DNA from: an uncultured Chloroflexia bacterium
GTDB lineage: Bacteria > Chloroflexota > Anaerolineae > Anaerolineales > UBA11858
NCBI GenBank assembly: GCA_963824175.1
Contig: CAWGOD010000001.1
Span: forward strand, 150,154-214,153
Reading direction: 5' to 3'
Length of the DNA stretch: 64,000 nt
How positions within the stretch are numbered: position 1 is the stretch's first letter; each line of letters starts with the position of its first letter. This document shows, one piece after another, positions 54,081 through 64,000 of this stretch. The notes below the pieces were generated by a model, which was not told where the DNA came from, did no database searches, and saw only the letters and a list, made by a program, of their open reading frames with translations. A program made the position numbers and the translations under genes.

Positions 54081-54437
54081 ATGCTTTCTTATTGGGTGTA
54101 TATCGCAATTTTTTTGGTTGTAGCAGTAGCAGTTCCTATCGTAGCAGTTGGCCTTCCCGCCTTCATCTCCCCTAAAAAATCCAGTAAACGTAAAGAAGAA
54201 GTTTACGAATGCGGCATTGAGACGAAAGGTAATATTCGGGTTCAATTGAAATCCCAATATTATATCTATGCTCTAATCTTCCTGGTCTTTGATATTGAAA
54301 CGATTTTCCTTTTCCCCTGGGCGGTTTCCCTGGGGAAACTTCCGTTATATGCAGTTATTGAAGGTGTAGTATTTATCGCTATTCTATTTGCAGGCCTGAT
54401 CTACGCGATGCGAAAAGGCGTGCTGGCCTGGTCCTGA
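54081..54437 (+). CDS. nuoA: NADH-quinone oxidoreductase subunit A
   Basis: ATG 54081 after AGGAGA. ..YECGIE......Q....YY..ALIFLVFDIETIFLFPWA... Confidence 0.9.
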   Translation: MLSYWVYIAIFLVVAVAVPIVAVGLPAFISPKKSSKRKEEVYECGIETKGNIRVQLKSQYYIYALIFLVFDIETIFLFPWAVSLGKLPLYAVIEGVVFIAILFAGLIYAMRKGVLAWS

Positions 54438-54467
54438 TAGAACGCCAGGTATTTGCAGGAGATATTC

Positions 54468-55671
54468 ATGGCTGATTTGATTAACCTGATTGAAAACTGG
54501 CTCGAGAACTTGATGTTAGGGTGGGGTGCATCACAAGAACTTACCCTCTTTATCCTCCAAGCTCATTGGGAGTGTCCTGGTAGTCATCATCTGTTTTGTG
54601 ATCGTGATTGCCCTGATCTGGGTCGAACGAAAATTGGCAGGACGCATCCAGGATCGATTTGGGCCAAACCGGGCTGGACCTTTTGGGATTTTCCAGTCTT
54701 TTGCAGATATTATCAAGATTTTCACCAAGGAATACATTACACCGGAAGGCGCGGAAAAGGGTTTTTATAATGTTGCGCCTGTTCTCGCTATAGCCTCTGT
54801 CCTGGCGATCTGGGCTGTTTTCCCATTTGCAGTAAATGTTATTGGAGCTGATGTCCATGTCGGTGTTTTATACATCGTCGCTGTGGGTTCATTTGGCATC
54901 CTGGCCATACTGATGGCAGGCTGGTCATCCAACAACCGCTATTCCCTGCTGGGTGCATCCCGCTCTGTAGCCATGTTGATTTCCTATGAGATCCCTATGG
55001 TCGTTTCCCTGTTGGTTCCGGTATTGCTGAGCCATTCCATGAAGTTGTCGGATATTATTAGCGCTCAGCAACCCTGGTGGTACCTGATCGTAGCCCCTCT
55101 TGCAGCCCTGGTTTTCCTGATCTCCTCCATGGCCGAGATTGGTAAGGCGCCTTTTGACCTATTAGAAGCTGAATCTGAATTAGTAGCTGGTTATCATACC
55201 GAGTATTCTGGCATGAAGTTTGGTATGTTCTATGTTGCTGAGTTTCTCCATCAATATACAGTAGGTGCGTTGATCACGATCTTCTTCCTGGGTGGTTGGG
55301 GTGGACCTATGGCTATTCAATGGCCAATCCTGGGCTTTATCTATTTTCACATCAAAACCTTCGTGGTTTATCTGGTGATCTCCTGGATCCGGCTCTCACT
55401 ACCCCGAATAAGAATTGATGAAATGCTTAACCTGAACTGGAAATTCCTTATTCCAGTTTCTTTTATTAACCTGGTAGCGGTTGCAATTGCTGACCGGGTT
55501 ATGATGGACTTTGACCTTGCCCAATGGATTTATGTTGGGATCATGTTCGGATTGAATATTTTCATCCTGTTCGTTTCGCTTTTCCTGGCTGGTAAAGCCC
55601 AGCCAGAAGTCGAACGGGAAACCTTCCCATCCAGGCCCGTTGCCGTCCCGCCTGGCACGGAAAGCAAGTAA
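54468..55671 (+). CDS. nuoH: NADH-quinone oxidoreductase subunit H (one frame disruption ~54550)
   Basis: ..WVERKLAGRIQDRFGPNRAGPFGIFQSFADIIK.., ..APFDLLEAESELVAGYHTEYSGMKF... The N-terminus MADLINLIENW.. is in the neighbouring frame. Confidence 0.93.
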
Positions 55672-55690
55672 GCGTTTAAAGGATAATTCT

Positions 55691-56203
55691 ATGGTACCAG
55701 TACTTGTATTTGCGGCAGTTAGCCTGGTGACACTTGGTGCAGCTATTGCTGTCGTGACGAATAAAAATGTTCTCCACAGCGCTTATTTCCTGGTGCTTGC
55801 TTTTGTGGGTGTTGCCAGTGTTTACGTACTCCTGGAAGCACCTTTTATTGCAGTGATCCAGGTTCTGATCTATATCGGTGCTATCGCCATTCTGATCATC
55901 TTCGCGATCATGTTAACCCGCAGATTGATGAGCAAGGATATGGAGCAACGCAATGCGCAGTGGATCTGGTCTGCTTTGGGTGCCCTGGTTCTTTTTGGAG
56001 TCCTTGGGTGGCTCGTTTACAGCGCCAATTGGCCTGTAACCGAAGGGGCAGTTCCGCAAGACCCAATCACTCTCATGGGTGAGGAATTACTCAGCACCTA
56101 TGTGGTCCCATTTGAGATCGCGTCAGTTTTGCTTCTGGCCGCCCTGGTTGGATCGATCCTGATCGGACGGGAGAATGATCAAGAGTCAAGGAGTGCAGAA
56201 TGA
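55691..56203 (+). CDS. nuoJ: NADH-quinone oxidoreductase subunit J
   Basis: ..VVTNKNVLHSAYFLVLAFVGVASVYVLLEAPFIAVIQVLIYIGAIAILIIFAIML... Confidence 0.9.
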   Translation: MVPVLVFAAVSLVTLGAAIAVVTNKNVLHSAYFLVLAFVGVASVYVLLEAPFIAVIQVLIYIGAIAILIIFAIMLTRRLMSKDMEQRNAQWIWSALGALVLFGVLGWLVYSANWPVTEGAVPQDPITLMGEELLSTYVVPFEIASVLLLAALVGSILIGRENDQESRSAE

Positions 56204-56511
56204 GTATTCCTCTTAATTGGTTTTTAGTCCTCGCAGCGGCCTTATTCAGTATTGGGTTATATGGTGTATTATCACGCCGCCATGCGATAGGAATTTTGAT
56301 GGGCATCGAACTAATGCTCAATGCAGTTAATATCAACCTGGTTGCATTCTGGCGCTATATCGATCCTGTCAAGATAACCGGACAAATTTTCGCGATATTT
56401 GTCTTCACCGTGGCAGCTGCAGAGGTTGCAGTGGGTTTGGCCCTGGTGATAGCGATCTACCGCAACCGTGATACCGTGGTTGTGGAAGAGATCGATTTAT
56501 TGAAAGAATAA
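56200..56511 (+). CDS. nuoK: NADH-quinone oxidoreductase subunit K
   Basis: ..LFSIGLYGVLSRRHAIGILMGIELMLNAVNINLVAF...AAAEVAVGLA... Confidence 0.92.
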   Translation: MSIPLNWFLVLAAALFSIGLYGVLSRRHAIGILMGIELMLNAVNINLVAFWRYIDPVKITGQIFAIFVFTVAAAEVAVGLALVIAIYRNRDTVVVEEIDLLKE

Positions 56512-56523
56512 AAGAGGAAATAT

Positions 56524-58712
56524 ATGAAAGAATTCTTCTTCAACATAACCTGGATCATTCCAGTTTTCCCCTTCCTGGCTTTTTTGATCATTCTCCTGTT
56601 CACACAGGGGAATAGAAAACTTAGCCACAGTTTAAGCATCGGCTCGATGGTGCTGTCCTGGCTGGTGGGTTGGGGAGTGGTGTTCAGCGCCATTGGGACA
56701 CCTCATCTGGGTGAGCACCCCATTCATAAATCTGTACCCTGGTTTGAGACAGGGATTACTACTTTTGAGATCGGTTATTGGATCGATCCATTAATGGCAA
56801 TAGCTCTGTTCATGGTGCCCTTTGTATGTTTGATGATCTTCATTTATGCAGTGGGCTACATGGGATATGGCACGGATGAAGTTGACCCCAACTACTCCCG
56901 TTTCTTTGCTTACATTGCACTTTTCGCCACTGGCATGCTGGGCCTGGTGATTTCCGAAAACTTGTTGACCCTGTTCATGTCCTGGGAGATCATGGGTTTA
57001 TGTTCATATCTGTTGATCGGGTTCTGGTTTGAGAAGAATTATGATGATCCAAACAAGATCACTCCTCGCCAGGCGGGATTGAAGGCCTTCCTGGTCACCA
57101 AAGTCGGCGACCTATTCCTGGTGCTGGGTATTATTTACCTGTATTCCCAGGCTGGAACACTCAGCTATGCAGATACATTATTCAATCATGAATTTTTGAC
57201 TCACCTGGCTGAGACCCCGGCTCTGCCGATATTCGGCGGCTGGTCAGCCGCATCTGCTATCGCTCTCCTGATCTTTGGAGGTGCGGTTGGTAAATCAGCC
57301 CAGTTCCCACTGCATGTCTGGCTGCCGGATGCGATGGAAGGCCCCACTCCTGTCAGCGCCCTGATCCATGCAGCGACCATGGTTTCCGCAGGCGTTTTCC
57401 TGGTTGCCAGGATCTTCCCGCTCTTGAATATTGTTGTGGAGCTGGAGCATAATAACCCGACCATGGGAGTGATCGCCTTTATTGGAGCATTTACCGCAAT
57501 ATTTGCATCTATTATCGCCCTCGCCCAAAATGATATTAAAGGGGTGCTGGCGTTTTCCACGATTAGTCAGTTAGGTTATATGATCGCAGCTCTCGGTATT
57601 GGCGCTTATGTGGCCGCCACTTTCCACCTGATCACTCACGCTTTCTTCAAAGCACTACTCTTTATGGGTTCCGGTTCGGTTATCATCGGCTGCCATCATG
57701 AGCAGGATATGATGGAACTGGGTGGATTGAGAAAGAAGATGCCCAAAACTTTCTGGACCTTCCTGGCAGGTGGATTAGCGCTATCTGGTTTCCCACTTAT
57801 TACAGCAGGTTTCTGGAGCAAAGATGAGATCCTGGCTCATGCCTGGGAAGAATTCATACATTACGGCACTGCATCCTGGCCATTTTTCGTTTGGCTGCTG
57901 CTGACCATTGCTGCCTTCCTGACAGCATTTTACACCGCCCGCCAGATCTCCCTGACTTTCCTGGGAAAACCGCGCAGCCATCACTCTGAGCATGCCCATG
58001 AAACACCGAATACCATGACCTTACCCATTGATCATCCTGGCTTTCTTTGCCATCACACTGGGGTGGGTGGGTATCCCGGAGGAAATCGTAGGACACGGTA
58101 ACAACTGGTTCCATGCCTTTGTGGGTCATGAATATGCCTCAACTCCGTTGAGCATTCCGGTAATGTTATTATCATCTGGCCTGGCTGTCGGCGGTTTAGG
58201 ATTAGGCTGGTTGGTTTATGGCCGTAAACCCCTCGTGGCTGGTCAGATGGATCCCCTACAGAAAGGGATGGAAAAAATTCGCTTGGGATGGCTGTATAAA
58301 GCCATGCAAAAACGTTTTTACTTTGACGAGATCTATGCAGGCCATATTTATCAACGGCTCCATCAAGTTGGCAGATATTTTCTATAATTTTGATTACAAC
58401 TGGGTGATTAACCCAATTGTTAACGGGGTTGGCGCTGTCACCCGCGGCATTTCCAATATCTTCAATAAATTTGACGAGAAGGTTGTTGATGGCCTGGTCA
58501 ATTTCACCGGTCTCTCAGGTGTGAAATTATCAGACCTGGGCGGAATTACTGACCTGAAAGTAGTGGACGGTTTTGTGAATGGAATCGCCGATGTTACAGG
58601 ATGGATCGGAGAGAAAATCTTCCGACCAATCCAGACCGGCAAAGTCCAAAACTACTTGTTGATCCTACTGATATCCATGCTGGCAATTATTGGCATTTAC
58701 CTGGCCTTTTAG
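56524..58712 (+). CDS. nuoL: NADH-quinone oxidoreductase subunit L (two frame disruptions, ~58030-58100 and ~58220-58390)
   Basis: ..WEIMGLCSYLLIGFW.., ..GKSAQFPLHVWLPDAMEGPTPVSALIHAATMV... The C-terminal lateral-helix region is in ORFs 58028-58387 and 58218-58712. Confidence 0.93.
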
Positions 58713-58736
58713 GCCAAATCGAATTACGAGGAGAAT

Positions 58737-60275
58737 ATGATGAATTTTCCAGTTTTGAGTGCAATCACTTTTGTCCCATTGTTGATTTCCGTGATCGTTT
58801 TGATCATCCCGAAATCAAAAGAAAACCTGATCCGCTGGGTTTCCACGATACTGAGTTTAATCCCATTGGCCCTGGCCATTTATGTTTACTTCGTGGTCCA
58901 AGCTGATCCGGGAACGATGCAGTTCAAGGAAGAGTATTCCTGGATCCCGGCCATCGACGCGTTTTACCGCATGGGTGTGGACGGACTCAGTGCCATGATG
59001 CTGGTACTGACCGCGTTATTATCCACCTTGTGTCTTTATTACTCGATCTATACTATCAAGGACCGGGTCAAGGAATATTATTTCCTTTTCCTGCTTCTCC
59101 AGGTTGGTATGACCGGCGTGTTTGTTTCCCTCGATTTCGTGTTCTTCTATGTCTTCTGGGAAATTGGTCTGGTTCCGATGTACCTTTTGATCGGTGTCTG
59201 GGGCGGGAAACGACGGATATATGCATCCATCAAGTTCTTCCTCTACACACTGGCAGGAAGTATGGCCATGCTTCTGGCAATCATCGCTGTCTATCTGAAC
59301 ACTGGGACTTTCAACATCCTTGAGGCAGCAGCTGCCAGCCCTTTGCCGGGAACTTCACACTGGCTGCAGTGGCATTCTGGGCTTTCTTTATCGGTTTTGC
59401 CATCAAAGTGCCTATCTTCCCCTTCCACACCTGGCTTCCGGATGCCCACACAGAAGCACCCACTACTGGTAGTGTCATCCTTGCCGGCGTTTTGCTTAAG
59501 TTGGGCGCCTACGGTTTGATCCGTATCGTGCTACCGATGTTCCCAGAACAATTTGGATATTTCTCCTATAATGTGCCAATTATCCCCATCCTGGCGGTGA
59601 TCAGCATTGTCTATGGTGCCCTGGTCTGTATGGCCCAGTGGGATCTGAAGAGGTTGATCGCTTATTCCTCCGTGAGCCACATGGGATATGTCACCCTGGG
59701 TGTCAGCGCGGCGGCTGCCAGCATAGCACTGCAGGGAGGAGAAGCAGACAAGCGCAATCATCGCTTTAAACGGCGCATCTTTGCAGCTCTTCACCCACGG
59801 TATCATCACGGGTGGGTTGTTTTTCCTGGTTGGTATGATTTACGACCGGGCCCACACCCGCCAGATCAAAGACTTCGGTGGATTGGGCGCAAAGATGCCT
59901 TATTACTACGGCATCATGATGGTGACTGGTTTTGCTTCCCTGGGTCTTCCTGGATTGGCAGGTTTCTGGAGCGAACTCTTCGTATTCCGGGGAACCTTCG
60001 CGATTATCCCAGTCTTTGCCATGATCGGTATCCTGGGGCTCGTTTTCACAGCTGCATATATCCTCTGGAAAGTTATCCAGCATGTCTTCCTGGGCGAGTT
60101 TGACCAGGAGAAATGGGATGCTGCCACTCATAATGCAAAAATCACTGACATGGCGACTTTTGAAAAAGTCACCATGTGGCCATTGGTCATATTAATGGTT
60201 TTGATTGGTTTATATCCCTCCCTGATCGTTCGTTTATTGAACGCTGTTTCGACAGCCTTGGTCAGCAACTTCTAA
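58737..60275 (+). CDS. nuoM: NADH-quinone oxidoreductase subunit M (two frame disruptions, ~59370-59520 and ~59780-60100)
   Basis: ..[21 protein letters not shown].., ..[34 protein letters not shown].., ..SSVSHMGYV... Confidence 0.93.
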
Positions 60276-60300
60276 TGCGATAGAAAGAGAGGCAATAACC

Positions 60301-61770
60301 GTGCAAATTTTCTTATTTCTACTCCCGCAGCTGGTCCTCTTCTTGAGCGTTGTGCTGGTTTTTGGGATCGACCTGGTGGGCTCCAAAGAGAAGAAATGGC
60401 TGCCGTACCTGGCGCTAACAGGAGCAGTTATTTCTCTGGGAATTTCCATTTATCAGTATGGCTGGATGGAATTTGAAGAGATTACTGTCCTGGGCGGTAT
60501 GATCGCCTTGGATTCTTTTTCTCTCTTTTTCCAGATCTTTGCTTCCCTGGTAGCAGTCTTCATCACATTGCTATCTATGGCATATATGAAAGTAAAATCA
60601 CCTTATCAGGGTGAGTATTACAGTTTCATCCTTTTAGCCAGTTTCGCCATTTCGCTCCTTGCCCTATCCTCTGACCTGGTGATGATCTTCATCGCTTTTG
60701 AGCTGCTGAGTATTTCATCCTACATCCTGACCGGTTTCTTCCGGCATGACCCGAAAAGCAGCGAAGCTTCGATCAAATATTTCTTGTACGGCTCGCTGGC
60801 TTCTGCCATGATGCTGTACGGTATGTCCCTTTTGTACGGTGCTACTGCTTCAACTAACCTGATTGAGATTGCCCAAGGATTGGCTGTGATCGATCCATCT
60901 CTGAATTGGGTTGTGTATTCAGCTATTGTTCTACTGCTGGTAGGTTTCGGTTTTAAAACAGCCACCGCGCCATTCCACCAGTGGTCTCCAGATGCCTATG
61001 AAGGAGCCCCAACCCCGGTAACTGCCTTTTTGGCCGTGGGTTCGATCGGAGCCGGTTTTGCTATTTTGATCCGAGTGATGATAACCGCGCTGCCGGATTT
61101 CCAGATGAATTGGGTGGCTATGCTCACAGGGTTATCGATTATCAGTATGACGCTGGGCAATTTGGTAGCCATCAGCCAGAAGAATATCAAACGCATGTTA
61201 GCTTACTCAGGGATCGCCCATGCAGGTTATCTCATGATTGGGCTAGTCTCCTGGGAAAGCGGTGCCTTAGGGACTGTTTTTGACGGTCTCAGCGGCATTC
61301 TGGTCTATCTTTTGGTCTATTTAGCGGCTAATTTAGGTGCTTTTACAGTCGTCACTGCTATTGAACATAAAACCGGTTCAAATCAAATAGAAGATTATGC
61401 TGGCTTGATCAAACGTTCTCCGTTTTTGGCCGGCACCATGGTAGTGTTTTTACTATCCCTGATAGGCATTCCCGGCACCGGCGGCTTTGTTGGCAAGTTC
61501 CTGGTTTTTGGTTCTGCCCTGCGTGTGGAATATTATTTCCTGGCGCTGGTTGCGATTGTCAACAGCGTGATAGCCGGTTTTTATTACCTAAATGTAATCC
61601 GCTATATGTTCTTCCAACCCCTGGATGAACCAGCCGGTGAGGAGATCCAAGTACCGGGATCTCTATCCGTAGTTCTGGTTCTGGCATGTGTTTTCACTTT
61701 GTTGATGGGTATATTAGCTCAACCCTTCATCAATTTTGTTCAGACCTCTTTGAAATTGGTCCTTTCCTGA
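60301..61770 (+). CDS. nuoN: NADH-quinone oxidoreductase subunit N
   Basis: GTG start. ..FELLSISSYILTGF.., ..KTATAPFHQWSPDAYEGAPTPVTAFLAV.., ..MLAYSGIAHAGY... Confidence 0.92.
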   Translation: MQIFLFLLPQLVLFLSVVLVFGIDLVGSKEKKWLPYLALTGAVISLGISIYQYGWMEFEEITVLGGMIALDSFSLFFQIFASLVAVFITLLSMAYMKVKSPYQGEYYSFILLASFAISLLALSSDLVMIFIAFELLSISSYILTGFFRHDPKSSEASIKYFLYGSLASAMMLYGMSLLYGATASTNLIEIAQGLAVIDPSLNWVVYSAIVLLLVGFGFKTATAPFHQWSPDAYEGAPTPVTAFLAVGSIGAGFAILIRVMITALPDFQMNWVAMLTGLSIISMTLGNLVAISQKNIKRMLAYSGIAHAGYLMIGLVSWESGALGTVFDGLSGILVYLLVYLAANLGAFTVVTAIEHKTGSNQIEDYAGLIKRSPFLAGTMVVFLLSLIGIPGTGGFVGKFLVFGSALRVEYYFLALVAIVNSVIAGFYYLNVIRYMFFQPLDEPAGEEIQVPGSLSVVLVLACVFTLLMGILAQPFINFVQTSLKLVLS

Positions 61771-61832
61771 GTGATCTTGACACAGGACATGAAGTATTAG
61801 CATTGAGAAATTATCTGGGAAAACCTGTCTGG

Positions 61833-61861
61833 TTGACATCTTTTTGGCTTGTGAGTAAAAT
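61833..61861 (+). promoter_or_regulatory. sigma70-like promoter of the atp operon (TTGACA-17 nt-TAAAAT)
   Basis: TTGACA at 61833-61838, a 17-nt spacer, TAAAAT at 61856-61861. Confidence 0.65.
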
Positions 61862-61895
61862 ACAACAGGTGCAGGTTTTCCATCAGGAGTTTTAA

Positions 61896-62168
61896 TTGAA
61901 TACAGGCGAGGAACAGACCAACCAGGAAACAAAATGGCAGGATCGGATCTGGGTATTGTCTGTAGCAGGGCAGGCAGGATTATTTATTGCCTTCCCGGTC
62001 ATATTAGGATTTGTTGTAGGATTATTGATTGATCGTCAATTTAATACTGTAATCTTATTTTCTGTTTTACTCGCCATGACAGGTTTTGGCGCCGGCGTTT
62101 ATCTTGTTTATCGCTGGGTACAGACAACAGTAAAAAAACATCTTGCAGACAGAAAAAAGGAAGATTAA
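61896..62168 (+). CDS. AtpZ/AtpI-like small membrane protein preceding the F0 genes
   Basis: 90 aa with two TM helices (..GLFIAFPVILGFVVGLLIDRQF.., ..FSVLLAMTGFGAGVYLVY..). It sits directly upstream of atpB. TTG start. Confidence 0.6.
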   Translation: MNTGEEQTNQETKWQDRIWVLSVAGQAGLFIAFPVILGFVVGLLIDRQFNTVILFSVLLAMTGFGAGVYLVYRWVQTTVKKHLADRKKED

Positions 62169-62174
62169 ATCCGT

Positions 62175-63083
62175 ATGGAACAGGAACAGGAAAAGAAAAA
62201 AGGCAGTGGTTGTTTAGTTAAGCTCATTATTGGTATTGCAGCTTTAGCCCTGGTAGGTTACGGCTTGATCATGCCGGGAAAAGAACTTCCCGCGATCAGT
62301 CTGGCAGCAGAGCTATTACCCTTGCATTTACCGATCCCGGGTTTTGAACATGGCATTCCCAATACGCTTCCAACAGCCATATTTACATCATTATTTTTGA
62401 TCATCATCGCTTTTTCTTACTCACGAGCGGTTAAGAAAGAGGAAAAGACAGGCAAACAAAGCGGTTTGCTGGTTGCGATCGATGCGCTTTATGAAGGTGT
62501 CTTTTCATTCGTCGAAACTACGGTTGGAAAGGAGAATGCAGGATTATTCTTCCCTCTGATCGGATCATTTTTCTTCTTTATCCTGTTTGCAAACTGGTCT
62601 GGCCTGCTGCCAGGGATGGGATCGATCGGCGTTTGGGGAGAGCATAATGGTGTAGAAACGCTTATCCCGCTGTTCAGATCGCCAACTGCGGATCTGAGCA
62701 CAACTGTCGGGTTGGCTATTATTACCCAGGTCATGGCCCAATACTATGGGTTCAAATTCCAGGGAAGAAAATATCTCAAGAAGTTCTTTAACTTCAGCGC
62801 AGATCCAGACAGCGGCTGGCTGAAGCCGGTGCTTTCCTTTGCTAATGGTTTTGCAGGGATTCTGGAATTCATGGGTGAATTGATCAAAGTGCTTTCCTTT
62901 GGCTTCCGGTTGTTTGGCAATGTTTTCGCCGGGGAAGTGCTTTTGATGGTCATCAGCTTCCTAACCGCCTTCCTGGTTGTGGATGTATTTATCGCGTTGG
63001 AATTATTTGTTGGCGCCATTCAGGCGTTGATCTTTTCAATCCTGTCACTGATCTTCTATCAGATGGCAACACAGCATCATTAG
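62175..63083 (+). CDS. atpB: F0F1 ATP synthase subunit a
   Basis: ..LSFGFRLFGNVFAGEVLL.. (conserved Arg) in a polytopic protein in the F0 gene context. Confidence 0.92.
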   Translation: MEQEQEKKKGSGCLVKLIIGIAALALVGYGLIMPGKELPAISLAAELLPLHLPIPGFEHGIPNTLPTAIFTSLFLIIIAFSYSRAVKKEEKTGKQSGLLVAIDALYEGVFSFVETTVGKENAGLFFPLIGSFFFFILFANWSGLLPGMGSIGVWGEHNGVETLIPLFRSPTADLSTTVGLAIITQVMAQYYGFKFQGRKYLKKFFNFSADPDSGWLKPVLSFANGFAGILEFMGELIKVLSFGFRLFGNVFAGEVLLMVISFLTAFLVVDVFIALELFVGAIQALIFSILSLIFYQMATQHH

Positions 63084-63103
63084 TAATTAAGGTAGATTTC
63101 TAA

Positions 63104-63367
<264 letters not shown>

Positions 63368-63377
63368 GGAGGTTACT

Positions 63378-64000
63378 GTGGGCGAAGCATTAGGAGCCAT
63401 GGGAATCAATGGCCCATTTTTATTATCCCAAATAGTAAATTTCCTGGTGATGTTCGGTCTGATGACCGTTCTTCTCTGGAAACCTGCCAAAAAGCGCCTC
63501 GACGAACGCCGGGCAATGCTGGAAAAACAGGTGGAAGATACTGAAGCCGCCGCTAAAGTGCGGGAGGAAATTGGCAAGGAACGCGAAGCCGTTCTAGCTG
63601 AAGCTAGAAAAGAGGCTGAAAAGATTGTAGCCCAGTCCCAGGACCGGGTTGAATCCATTAAGAACGAGGCCTCAGAAGAAGCTAAAAAGATCATTCAAAA
63701 AGCCCAGGAAGATGCCAAAGGGGAAGAAGGAAAAGGTGCTTAAAGGTGTTCGCGATCAGGTGGCGATCCTGGCAATTGCAGCAACCCAGAAACTATTGGG
63801 CGCTGCCCTGGATGAAAAACACCAGAAAGCACTGGTTGACGAATTCTTCTCTAGCGTAAAATCGGGAAAGGTTGTTGTCCTTGAAGGCGAAAAATTTGAA
63901 GGAAAGTCAGCAGTTATTACCAGTGCCTTACCTCTGACTGATAAAGAAAAAGAGGTCATAGAAAAAGATATTTTAAAGAGAACAGCTGGCGAACCAGAAA
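63378..64000 (+). CDS. atpF: F0F1 ATP synthase subunit b (one frame disruption ~63725; 3' end outside window; C-terminal extension with delta-like motif)
   Basis: GTG start. N-terminal TM ..LLSQIVNFLVMFGLM..LLWKP.. followed by a long charged helix. After 63743 the product continues in another frame (..VRDQVAILAIAATQKLLGAALDEKHQKALVDEFFSSV..AVITSALPLTDKEKEVIEKDILKR..). Confidence 0.85.

Overview
This 64-kb window is a chromosomal housekeeping segment of a bacterium. T-box leaders, Pro/Thr-rich envelope proteins, a tungsten-type AOR and tRNA-Sec suggest a Chloroflexota/Anaerolineae-like anaerobe, but that taxonomy is inference only.

Protein-coding content, in order:
- mutS and an aldehyde:ferredoxin oxidoreductase
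- an envelope lipoprotein / LysM / TPR group
- glnA and class II ribonucleotide reductase (nrdJ)
- valS, plsY, miaA and an acyl-CoA ligase
- an EF-G2 paralogue and leuS
- an OmpR/histidine-kinase pair translationally coupled to a glycan-synthesis and double-FemAB cluster
- a membrane-arm-only nuoA-H-J-K-L-M-N cluster
- the start of an F-type ATP synthase operon

RNA and regulatory features:
- tRNA-Sec (selC)
- two tandem tRNA-Ala genes
- T-box leaders upstream of valS and leuS
- tandem NrdR boxes upstream of nrdJ
- several canonical sigma70-like promoters with 17-nt spacers
- an unassigned ~340-nt structured leader, with its own promoter and terminator, upstream of glnA

I found no CRISPR array, transposase or integrase, prophage, or recognisable defence or toxin system.

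The dominant technical signal is frame disruption. About 27 of ~57 CDS are interrupted by roughly 35-40 frame breaks, mostly at short homopolymers. These include indispensable single-copy genes (valS, leuS, nrdJ, nuoH/L/M). They are most likely consensus indel errors rather than pseudogenes. CDS coordinates below span the reconstructed genes.

I do not see a clear-cut novel system. The best follow-up candidates are the glnA leader RNA, selC and its implied selenoproteome, the TCS-glycan-FemAB cluster, and a lipoprotein with a tandem four-Cys domain.
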